From Okamejei kenojei (Eukaryota), in contig CM069158.1 in NCBI GenBank assembly GCA_035221665.1, positions 12,586,001-12,650,000 of the forward strand: a stretch of DNA of 64,000 bases. The letters are read 5' to 3'. Made by a program: the position numbers and the translations under genes. Positions 1 through 10,124 of the stretch are shown here, piece by piece. A model generated the notes under the pieces. That model worked only from the letters and a program-made list of their open reading frames with translations, did no database searches and was not told where the DNA came from. Every line of letters begins with the position of its first letter. Positions within the stretch are counted from its first letter, which is position 1.

Positions 1-164
1 AAATAATGTTATTCAACCAGCAACATATTGTCTGAATAATTTAACCAGGTTTTGGGTAAGCTGCTTTGGAGTCTTATACATTCAATTATGCCGATGATAG
101 CAATTCAGTTATGATCTTATTAAATGGTGGAGAAAGCCTGGAGTCCCTGTTATCCGACTTTTTT

Positions 165-455
165 TAGTTTTTTAGTTAAGAGATGCTGTGCGAAAACTGG
201 CCCTTTGGCCTACCAAGTCCACACAGACCAGCGATCCCCGTACATTAACACTACCCTACACACACCAGGGACAATTTTACATTTATACCAAGCCAATTAA
301 CGTACAAACCTGTACGTCTTTGGAGTGCAGGAGGGAACCGAATATCTCGGAGAAAAGCCTCGCGGGTACAAACGGGCAGCACCCGTAGTCAGGATCGAAC
401 CTGGATATCTGGCACTGTAAGGCAATAGCTCTACCTCTATGCCATGGTGGCGCCC
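165..455 (-). mobile_element. tRNA-derived V-SINE (HE1-like)
   Basis: The minus strand reads ..GGTAGAGCTATTGCCTTACAGTGCCAGATATCCAGGTTCGATCC (B box), then the V-domain-like GGTTCCCTCCTGCACTCCAAAGACGTACAGGTTTG, then an AAACT-type tail. The same family recurs more than 10 times in the window. Confidence 0.85.
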
Positions 456-769
456 TTACTCTTATATATCATATGTATATTATTAGATTGATATAATGTT
501 TACCTAGCTTACCATTCCTACATCAAAATAATAAATAAGGTATAAATTCCAACATCCCCCAAATTTAGACTCTAAGGTGGGACCACACGTCTGTGGTTGA
601 GATTTTCCTGAGGTGAACCATTCATATCGTGCCACACAACCTGGTAAAGTTATACCAAGAAATTACTGCTGCTACATGTAATGTTTCTTTCATCATTTTA
701 AAACTTAAGATCTATGTCTGAAAGCCACCTACGGAGCCTGCCTGAAAGCCTCTCTAAAAGCCTCTGAAA

Positions 770-1465
770 CACCACTATTGTATCAGCCTCCACCACCCCT
801 GGCTGTGCCTTCCAGACACCCCCAACCCTCCGTGTAAAAGAAATCTGCACCGCACACCTCCTTTAAACTTTGCCCCTCTAACCTTCAAGATATGCCCTCA
901 AGTATTTGACATTCCACCCAACCCGGGATAAAAGTTCTGATCATAATCATAATCATACTTTATTAGCCAAGTATGTTTTGCAACATACGAGGAATTTGAT
1001 TTGCCATACAGTCATACTAATAAAAAGCAACAGAACACACCATATACATTTTAACATGAACATCCACCACAGTGACTCCTCCACATTCCTCACTGTGATG
1101 GAAGGCTGGAAGGCGAAAAAAAATTTCAATCTCTTCCCTTCATTGTTCTCCTGTGGTCGGGGGCCTGGAGCCTTTTGTTGACGGTGATCTTGACTCCCGT
1201 AGCCGGCGGCAGGCCTCCTCGTCGGGGCGATCAAGCTCCTGCATCGGGGGGGGGTCTCAACTCACCCGCGCCGGGCGATCGGACCCCGGGTCGGGGCTAG
1301 TCAAACGTCGTGCGGCTTTGGAGCTCCTGACTCGGTCTCTCCTGAGACTGCGAGCTCCTTGATTTTCTACCCTATCATAATTTTACGTACTTCTATCAGG
1401 TCTCTGCTCAACCTCTAGCATTTGAGAGAAAACAAGCCAAATTTGTCCAACCTCTTCTTGTAACC
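770..1465 (-). mobile_element. Decayed CR1/HER1 LINE 3' fragment interrupted by a GC-rich non-autonomous retroelement (~940-1360)
   Basis: CR1-type sequence breaks at GGGATAAAAGTTCTGA and resumes at TTTTCTACCCTATC. The insert ends in AATAAA plus an (ATGATT)n tail on the minus strand and shares CCATCACAGTGAGGAATGTGGA with 49985 and 54100. Confidence 0.6.
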
Positions 1466-1749
1466 AAGTCAGTGTTTAGCTGGTAGAACAATAAGGAAGT
1501 AGCAGAAGTCTTGTGTTCAGCAGTGAATATACTTGTGTGGAATTGTCTCCAACATTCCACAGAATTTGCCACACTTACATGTGAAGATGAATCATTTTAT
1601 GGACTATTTATCTGATATATACTTATGACACTTGGAAAATGCCTCACAAGCATGTCACACAATTGGTTCCAGAAAGTGACAGCGCAGAATCAACACTTTT
1701 CTTGGAAATGCCTGTACATTGATTTGAATTACATGCAATAGAACACCCT

Positions 1750-1803
1750 GGGGTGGGAGATTGCAACCTTCACAGGGTCCGCCCTGTTTCGACTAATGCA
1801 ATC
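1750..1803 (+). ncRNA. Predicted minimal HDV-like self-cleaving ribozyme
   Basis: All helices of the nested double pseudoknot can be paired by eye. G1.U wobble is present, the candidate catalytic C is at 1793, and P4 is almost absent (GTTTCGA). Activity is not tested. Confidence 0.75.
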
Positions 1804-1881
1804 AACTCGATGAAGATCAAATAGAACAAGTTGTCCAACAACTTTAGGCCGTGCACGCCACACGAAAGTAGAAGAAGCAGA
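1750..1881 (+). mobile_element. Short non-autonomous retroelement headed by a minimal HDV-like ribozyme, copy A
   Basis: P1 GGGGTGG/CCGCCCT, P2 GATTGCA/TGCAATC, P3 ACC/GGT, L3 TTCACAG, J4/2 C-TAA. GAA-rich tail. Flanking direct repeats AGAACACCCT (1740-1749) and AGAACACACT (1882-1891). Confidence 0.8.
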
Positions 1882-2130
1882 AGAACACACTGCACTCACT
1901 TAAAATGGATCCACAAATTCACTGCTGTGGATTTATGCAGTGGATTAATTTGTCCGCTATCCCAGTTTAATAATCTTTGGGGGGACAGAACTTGTTCTAT
2001 TCATTGTGGAATCAATCGTTAACATATTCATTATAAAAACGAATCATATCGAGCAGGTCTAAATACAAATGGCAGGGATTTGCTTTGAATGCATTGAAAT
2101 GTAAACTCCCCGGGCAGTTCAGAAATCATA

Positions 2131-2301
2131 ATGTGCAGGAAGGGACTGCAGATGCTGATTTAAACCGAAGATAGACACAAACTGCTGGAGTAACTCAGCA
2201 GGACAGGCAGCATCTCTGGAGAGAAGGAGTGGGTGATGTTTGGGGTCGAGACCCTTCATCAGACATCTGAAGAAGGGTCTCGACCCGAAACGTCACCCAT
2301 C

Positions 2302-2376
<75 letters not shown>

Positions 2377-2410
2377 CCTGTCCCACTGAGTTTGTGTTCA
2401 TCTGCAGTAC
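2131..2410. mobile_element. Inverted pair of Penelope-derived terminal repeats with minimal hammerhead core
   Basis: GGGTGATGTTTGGGGTCGAGACCCTTCATCAGA-CA-TCTGAAGAAGGGTCTCGACCCGAAACGTCACCC is palindromic. The same repeat lies directly 3' of the GIY-YIG ORFs at 32413-33078 and 45040-45240. Confidence 0.75.
2305..2373. repeat. Adjacent (TC)n and (GA)n microsatellites
   Basis: About 15 TC units are immediately followed by about 19 GA units. Confidence 0.95.
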
Positions 2411-2899
2411 AGAAATCATTATTGGAATCAAAGTGGATATGAGGTTGACTTATCAAGTGATAACGAGAGGGTGCTATCTGGCCAGGGAAAATATATTAGC
2501 ACACAATAAAAGGCAATGATTGTGCAAAAACATCCAAGCCTTCTTGTTATATTGAGCTGTCACATACTACAAGATAGCAACAGATAATGTAAAAGGCGTA
2601 CTTTCATTCAAAGTAATTTTATTATCTTTCTTGAATTTAAGGTTGTGATTTCGGAACTATGATCCTTGGGCTATCGAATGCACAAACCCAATCAATTGAG
2701 ATTTACACAGTATTAATTATTATTCCTTCACTTGTTCTGTTTGAATCTTTAATGACCCATTTCCTCCTCAGTTACTTCAATGGTGGATAAATCCTAGAAC
2801 AGGAATAATTAGCATGTCCTGTATCACAATGTCCTGAATGCAAATAAGATGGAAATTCACCCAATGTCCCTCAGGACTTTATATTGGCTACCAAAGAAA

Positions 2900-2990
2900 G
2901 GTTCACATATACAAAATGCCTTTGACGTCGCATTCAAAGTGACCTAAAGCCTTGTGTAGCTAATTGAGCACATTTGAAGTGTAACAGAGA
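2900..2990 (-). mobile_element. Ancient DeuSINE-like (SacSINE1/AmnSINE1-type) 3' tail remnant
   Basis: Degenerate match to the recalled motif ATATAGCGCCTTT..CCCAAAGCGCTTTACAGCCAATGAAGTACTTTTGAAGTGTA. Confidence 0.4.
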
Positions 2991-3127
2991 TAGAGCATTT
3001 GCTCATGCTGATACAAATGGGAAGACATTTTATATGTCGTTGCTTAAATTGCTTTTGGAATGTCTCAGACTACTTTAAATCCACTTACAGCGGTTCCTTG
3101 GACTATTAATGACCTGAATTATGAAAC

Positions 3128-3320
3128 CCCCGTGTGGGTTTCCTCCAGGTGCTCCGGTTTCCTCCCACGCTCCAAAGACGTGCAGGTTTTTGTAGGCTAA
3201 TTGGCTTCTGTAAATTGTCCCTAGCATGTAGAATACAGCTAGTGTAGGGGTGGTGACTGGTCAGTGCGGACCCGGTAGGCCATAGGGCCAGTTTCCATGC
3301 CGTACGTCTAAACTAAACTT
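3128..3320 (+). mobile_element. V-SINE (HE1-like), 5' truncated
   Basis: GTGGGTTTCCTCCAGGTGCTCCGGTTTCCTCCCACGCTCCAAAGACG core and TCTAAACTAAACT tail. Confidence 0.8.
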
Positions 3321-3475
3321 TACACAAATTCACCCATACGTTTTGAAAGCATTTTTCAAACTATTTAACAATAATATGACGCTTTATCTCTAAATTGAAC
3401 TAAATCCAACTTTACACAAATTCACCCATACATTTTGAAAGCATTTTTCAAACTGTTAATAATAATAAGATAATA

Positions 3476-4135
3476 AAGGCAGTGAAGAAAGTGAATGGCA
3501 TGTTGGCCTTCATAACAAGAGAATGGGAGAAAATAGGTCCTTCTGCAGTTGCACAGGGCCCTAGTGAAACCACATCTGGAGTATTGTGTGCAGTTTTGCT
3601 CTCCAAATTTGAGGAAGGACATTCTTGTCAATGAGGGGGTGGAGCGTAGGTTCACGAGGTTAATTCCCGGGATGGCGGGACTGTCATATGTTGATAGAAT
3701 GGAGCGGCTGGGCTTGTATACTCTGGAATTTAGAAGGATGAGAGGTGACCTTATTAAAGCATGGAAGATTATTAAGTGTTTGGACATGCTAGACGCAGGA
3801 AACATGTTCCCGATGTTGGAGGAGTCCAGAACCTGGGGCCACAGTTTAAGAATAAGGGATAAGCCATTTAGAACAGAGATGAGGAAAAACTTTTTCACAC
3901 AGAGGGTTGTGAATCTGTGGAATTCCCTGCCTCGGAAGGCAGTGGAGACCAATTCTCTGTATGCTTTCAAGAGTGAGTTGGATAGGGCTCTTAAAAATAG
4001 CGGATATGGGGAAAAGGCAGGAACGGGGTACTCAGTGGATGGTCAGCCCTGATCACAGTGAATGGCAGTGCTGGCTTGAATGGCCGAATGGCCTACTCCT
4101 GCACCTATTGTCTATTGTCTATCGTCTATTGTCTA
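3476..4135 (+). mobile_element. CR1/HER1 LINE 3' fragment (ORF2 C-terminus and 3' UTR)
   Basis: ORF 3549-4052 reads LVKPHLEYCVQF..LEFRRMRGDLI..FFTQRVVNLWNSLP, typical of CR1 ORF2. It ends in a (CTATTGT)n tail. Confidence 0.9.
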
Positions 4136-4599
4136 AAATGTTTCATGGTTATAGTACTTGATATGGTACTATACATCATGGATATAGTAGGTATCCATTA
4201 GTATGCATAGTATTAGAATAATGATCAGTGATATGAAAGAATTATAACAAGCAGGATCTGAGTGATACAATGTTTAAGAAGGAACTGCAGATGCTGGAAA
4301 AACTGAGTGATACAACATGGGTTATGGAAGGAAACAGGTTTTTCTGACTTAAGGATAAATCAGGGTATGTACAGATCTGGGGAATGGAATCTTAATGTTA
4401 CCCAGGGACCACCTGTGCACGCTTTAGAATTGTAGATGTTGTTGTAATTAGAAAATTAGTTGACAGGTTTGGCATGGTAAGCTCTTGGCGTAATCCACAA
4501 TGTGTAAGGATCTACTTTAGAAATGTCAACTCAGGGATGAATATTACCCAAGACACCAGGGAAAGCTGCTGCTTGACTCCACAGTCAAAAAGGCACAAC

Positions 4600-5005
4600 A
4601 GTGGAAACCTTCCCTCCATTGATGAACTGTACACTGCAAGAGGCCAGGAAGCGAGTGGGCAAGATCATCTCCGACCCCTCTCACCCTGGCCACAAACTCT
4701 TTGAATCGCTTCCCTCTGGAAGGCGACTCCGGACTGTCAAAGCTGCCACAGCCAGACATAAAAACAGTTTTTATCCACGAGTAGTTGCTCTACTCAACAG
4801 CCAAAAATCTGTGGCCTCCCTTTGATCTGGTATTTTGTTGGTTCACATGCTTGATCAATGGTGTTTTATCATTAATGTTTTATTATTATTAATGCTTAGT
4901 GTTTTCTGAGTCATTCGCAACTGTCACTGTATGTCACTTGTGGGTGGAGCACCAAGGCAAATTCCTTGTATTACTTGGCCAATAAAGTTACTTACTTACT
5001 TACTG
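4600..5005 (+). mobile_element. Rex1/Babar-type LINE 3' fragment
   Basis: Translates to KIISDPSHPGHKLFESLPSGRRLRT..RHKNSFYP. It ends in AATAAA plus a (TACT)n tail. Confidence 0.8.
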
Positions 5006-6589
5006 ATATTCTCCAGCAACGGGCGATGGCATATTTTGCCTTCAACAGCGAGTGTAGGTGGGGCCCTAACTAGGTGGCCATTTAAACCATGACATCACCT
5101 CACTTGTCTGCCTAGATTTTTGTTAAAAGTATTCATGTTAATTTGTTGCTTCTGTTCTTTTATGATGATTTTAAATTAAAAGATCCATCCATTTATCGGC
5201 GAGATACTACACCGAGGAATGAGTTTTTTTGGGTGATCTATTCAAATGTAAAACTCTGCTGTTGATTTTAAACCAGTCGAGTGTGATGTGGGCAGGGGTG
5301 GGGAGATGTCAATGGTTCAATGTTGCTGTGTTTGTCACAAGTGCAACCACACAGTGAAATTTATTTTGCATGTTTTGGCGCCATTTCCAAAGTCCAAAGT
5401 ATAGTCGGCCCACACGCTCGATGTTCCCATGAACCGATGTTTCTGTCCTCATCCGGCCATCTTTGTGTCCCGGGGGTGCTTCCTGCAGCCGACCTTGAAG
5501 ATTTTGGAGGCTTTGCCCCGGTTCACCCTGCTACCGGCCCTTGCTCCACATGTCTGTCGTCTCCAGCTCCCTCCTGGTTCCGACGAGCCTTCGGGTGGGT
5601 TCCCTCATTCCGTCACCTGACGAGCCTGCGGGTGGGCCCCACGGACCAAAGAGCTTTTGGGCGGCCCCCGCAGTCTGACTAGCCTTCAGGCGGGATCGTA
5701 CTAACCACTGAGCTTTCGTGTCTTCTGAGCGGGAAGGCCTCCGCCACGCGGCCCATCGGGAAGGCCCAAAAACAAAAAGGATGTGTATCCTATTTCTGAG
5801 GTGTTACGCAATTGCTTCAACAAAATGACATAACTCAGTGCTGGGAAGACCATCTAGCTGTGAGATTCAGGAGCTTCGTCGAAATGGTAGTGTTACATGC
5901 CAATGGGGACATCATCTGTCAATGCTACTTTAATCATGGGGCCAGCTAGGAGATGGCACAATCCTGTTGCAGCAGCTAGCAGCTGCAAGATTCCTATAGA
6001 AAAAAAAAGACAGCATAATGCGTGGTGTTAAAATAGCAGAGGTGAAACTGAGAGAAACCCAAGAATAGTGTTACATTTGACAGGCAAACACATACTGAAA
6101 AAAACAAAGCAGTGTTCAAAGAAAGTTACCAAATTGAACCACGCAACTAAGACAATAGCATGCAGGAAGATAATGTCTGACTTTATAGAATTTTGGCCAG
6201 ACCACACCAGAACAGTGTGCTCAGTTCCGCTTGCCAAGAAACAAGGCAGAGATAGAGGGTAATGCAGAGAAGAGCCAAAGGGCTGATTCCCAGGAATATG
6301 ATCTACAAGGAATTCCCAGAAAGATAGCATCTGAGGGGACATTGTAAAGGTTATGGAAAAGTTAGCCTGGAAAATTGTTTCAAATTTAGCTCCGGGCGTG
6401 GTTTAATGAGATCTGGGTTCAAAAGAATCCTAAAGATCTTAAGCCTGATGTCTGGAAATCTCATTGCACATAAAGAATAATAACTACACGGGATAAGCAT
6501 CCTGTCAGAATTTTGGCAGGAACGCCATCAGACGTTTAAGAAAAGGTATAAGAATGGGTTTAAGAAAAAGGTTAAGAAAAGGCATAGGT

Positions 6590-7075
6590 TTAAATTGAGA
6601 GGGGAAAGATTTAATAGGGACCTGAGGGTGGTGGGTATTTGTAACAAGCTGCCCTTGGAAGTAGTTGAGGCTGGTACAATACCCATATTGAAAAGACATT
6701 TGGACTGGTGCATGGATAGGAGAGGTTTAGAGTGATAGGGGTCAAATGCTGGCAAATGGGACTAGTTTAGATGGGGTATCTTGGTCGGCATGGATGGGTT
6801 GAGCTTGAGGAGCCTGCTTTTGTGATAGACAATAGACAATATACAATAGACAATAGACAATAGGTGCAGGAGTAGGCCATTTGGCCCTTTGAGCCAGCCT
6901 GCCATTCAATGTGATCATGGCTGATCATCTTCCCAATCACTTCCTGCCTTCTCCCCGTATCCCCTGACTCTGCTATTTTTAAGAGCCCTATCTAGCTCTC
7001 TCTTGAAAGCATCCAGAGAACCTGCCTCCACCGCCCTCTGAGGCAGAGAATTTCACAAACTCACCACTCTCTGTG
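6590..7075. mobile_element. Two CR1 3' fragments, tail-to-tail (+ 6590-6825, - 6826-7075)
   Basis: Plus-strand GGGGAAAGATTTAATAGG..AACAAGCTGCC. The minus-strand copy has an (AGACAAT)n tail and GGCAGAGAATTTCACA. Confidence 0.8.
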
Positions 7076-8254
7076 ATGTATGATTCTCTGACAGATAGAA
7101 CAAAATAGATGCAACCACGAGAAAGTGCTCCTAAGAACCAGAGTGAAATTGCTGGGTTTTCGCTAAAATGGTCAGATGAACTGCCCCGGACGATTTCGTA
7201 TAACAATTAGGAGTAAGAGTAAGCTACTTCGATTACCTTGTTCAATCTACTACGTCATATTACTGCTAATTTTCATATCTTTTGATTCTCCTGATGTCAA
7301 GAAAATATTTTGTTCTTGTTCTAGTACAGGTCCACCACCCATTTTCAGGCAACTGGTGGTCCGGCACCTCCTTTAATCTGGACAAAATTACGAGAGTGCA
7401 CTTGAAATCCTCCCCACACGTCCCCCTGAAAATGTGGCGCCTAGGCCGGGTGAGGCGGCCGATCTCGAACCTCATCGGGACTTCTGCGGCCGTTCAGAGG
7501 GGCTTGAATTTGCTCCCTGCAGTTAGGGGTCTGGATCTCCAGCCTGGCCGGAGCCGGCAGATACATTCCCAAAGCCGGCATCTGATGGTCTCGCAAAACG
7601 GATAATGCAAAGCAAATCAAAGCAAATATGAACTTTCTTGATCTTGCCTTAGTGTCCTTTGCTTTAGGAAATAAATATTAGACCTGCTTCTCTTTTTTCA
7701 AATTATCAATTCATGCAGTTCAGGACGTAAAATGTGAAGATGGAGATGTCAGATGAAGGACGCAAGGAGATTCCGTTTGCCTGTCCCCTTTTGGCCAATT
7801 TTCTAACATTCACTGCTGGATCCCACCCACAAGCTGACCACCCCATGGCCGTTTCAGGGAGCAGATAACACCTGTAGATCTGTAATCAATCTACCTCCCA
7901 AGTTAGAAGGAAAAGGTCTAGAAAAATAAAAGCAGTGCCGCAAGGGCCCTTTTGAAAATAATATTCGCATCTGTACATACAACTGGCAGAATAAAGATAC
8001 AACAGAATGCAATCTGTGTGTTCTTTTTACTGACCTTGACATTCATGTATTTGTACATTTGTTCAAATACATGCAAGCATTATCAAGTCAGAACCACTAT
8101 AATATTTAGTTACTAATCTAAAAATTATATGTTATTTAAAACTTTTGGTTGACAGACTCTCAGAATGCACAATTGTTGAAGGTCTGCATTTCATACTGTT
8201 TGAGATCTTAATTATTTTGGGGTAAATGGCACTAAATATCTTACAACCCAGTGG

Positions 8255-8590
8255 TATTAAACATTGATTTCTCTAACTTACCCCTGCAATCCCTCTCTCT
8301 CCATCCCTCCCCCATCAAGTCGCACCAGCTTCTTGTTCTCACCTAGCAAACAGCTAACAATGGCCTGTTTCCGTTACCACCGTTACGTTTTTGCATACCT
8401 TTCATTCATTTGTTCTATATCTCTCTACATCATCGTCTATATCATTCGTTTCCCTTTCCTCTGACTCTAGTCTGAAGAAGGGTCTCAACCTGAAACGTTA
8501 CCCATTCCTTCTCTGCAGAGATGCTGCCTGAGTTACTCCAGCATTTTGTGTCTATCCGGTTTAAACCAACATCTGCGGTTCCTTCCTACT
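8255..8590 (+). mobile_element. Penelope-like element 3' end with hammerhead core (8472-8499)
   Basis: CCCAGTGGTATTAAACATTGATTTCTCTAACT (end of the GIY-YIG ORF), then a pyrimidine-rich UTR, then CTGAAGAAGGGTCTCAACCTGAAACGTT. Confidence 0.7.
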
Positions 8591-10124
8591 AAATATCTGT
8601 ATTAGTTCTCCTTTGAGAAGAATTCAAAAAGAAAAATAATAATGATGAAAGTTTGTTAATGCTCAAAAGTAACTAATCTTATCTGGGCTTTATTCCTTTC
8701 ATGCAGAAAAGACTAATGCTATATCTCTCACTGAATGTTGTACCATTTATCCTTTATCTGTGCACTGTGGACGGATTGGTAATATTCATGTACAGTCTCT
8801 TCCCTGTCTGGATAGCACACACATAAACGCTTTTCACTGTACCTCAGTACACATGACGATAATAGGCTAATCTAAACTAAACTAAGCTAAATAAGGTAGA
8901 CAGGGAGAAACCTCTCTACTTTTAACCAGTGGGACTGGATCATAGCATGGAATGGAGGACACTTGAAGCTCGTTTAAATCTGAAATGAATACCCTGAGGG
9001 GATGTGTAGGAAGGAACTGCAAATGCAAGATAGACACATAACGGTGGAGTAACTCAGCGGGACAAGGCAGCATCTCTGGATAGAAGGAATGGGTGACATT
9101 TCAGGTCGAGACCCTTCTTCAGTCTGATACTCTCACAATATTTGAGAAGTATTTAGACAAACACTTGAAATGCTATGGCATGGGAGGCTATATATGAGTG
9201 CTGGAAAATAGGATCAGAGTAAATACCTGACGGCTGGCATGGATGTGATGGGCCGAAGGATCTTTTTCTCTGTTGTCTGACTCCACACAGTTTTGAAGTC
9301 GACCTTCATCTTTGGTTGATTGTGCCAAATGTAGATGCATTGACACTATTTGCAAACTTGATGTCGATGGAACCCAATCTTAGAAGTGACGTAAAATACA
9401 CTGCTGCTGCCGTGTTACAAATGTATCACGTGACTGATTTCTGCGCCCTTTAATAAGAGTTCAAAAAAATAGCATTTAAAAATAAAATAGTGATAACTGC
9501 CCAGTTCCAATCAGCAATAAATGAATGTGTACAGAGGCCTCTCGACACTCTGTCTGAAGAAAGGTCTCGAGCCGAATTGTCACCCGTTCCTTCTCCCCAG
9601 AGGTGCTGCCTGTCCCGCTGAGATACTCCAGCATTTTGTGTCTCTCTGTTGAGCCACTGGTGAGCCAGCAGAGCGCTTTTCCATCTACTGTGCAGGAAAA
9701 TAATTTAATCCATTGTGGGCGAGCTGTAATGACATCAGTTGTTTTGTTCAGCTATCGTTAAAGAAGCCTTGTTGCTGAGGTCTCCAAGTGCTTGACCCTC
9801 CCCAGCAGTGTCACCAGTTCAAGTCCCGAGACTATGACACATTGATGAGTTGGGGAAGTTTTCCACGCAGCTGCCTGCACTTCAAGGTGTGGAAGAAAAG
9901 CACTTTTACTCGTTTGTCCCTCATTATATCATGTCACCCAACATTTCTCTTCACCTTATTGTTGAAGAATCCAAGTAAATGACCCGGGGCTATTCCGAAG
10001 GGTTCAACCATGTATGAAAGGCTTAGGTGAGAAGAAACAATACGCACATTTTTATTACTTGAGACTCAGGCTTATTATGTCGATTGGCCCTCTTCTTCCC
10101 ATCGCCCTTTATTCATAAAGAAAA

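Noticed and set aside
7236-7325. Similarity to 12356-12445 suggesting segmental duplication
   Set aside because: Both look like decayed 3' ends of the same old CR1 family, and the flanks do not align.
7854-7925. Possible minus-strand terminal exon after TTTTTCTAG (RPFPSNLGGRLITDLQVLSAP or DLFLLTWEVD)
   Set aside because: I recognise no protein and found no partner exons. Acceptor-like motifs are common by chance.
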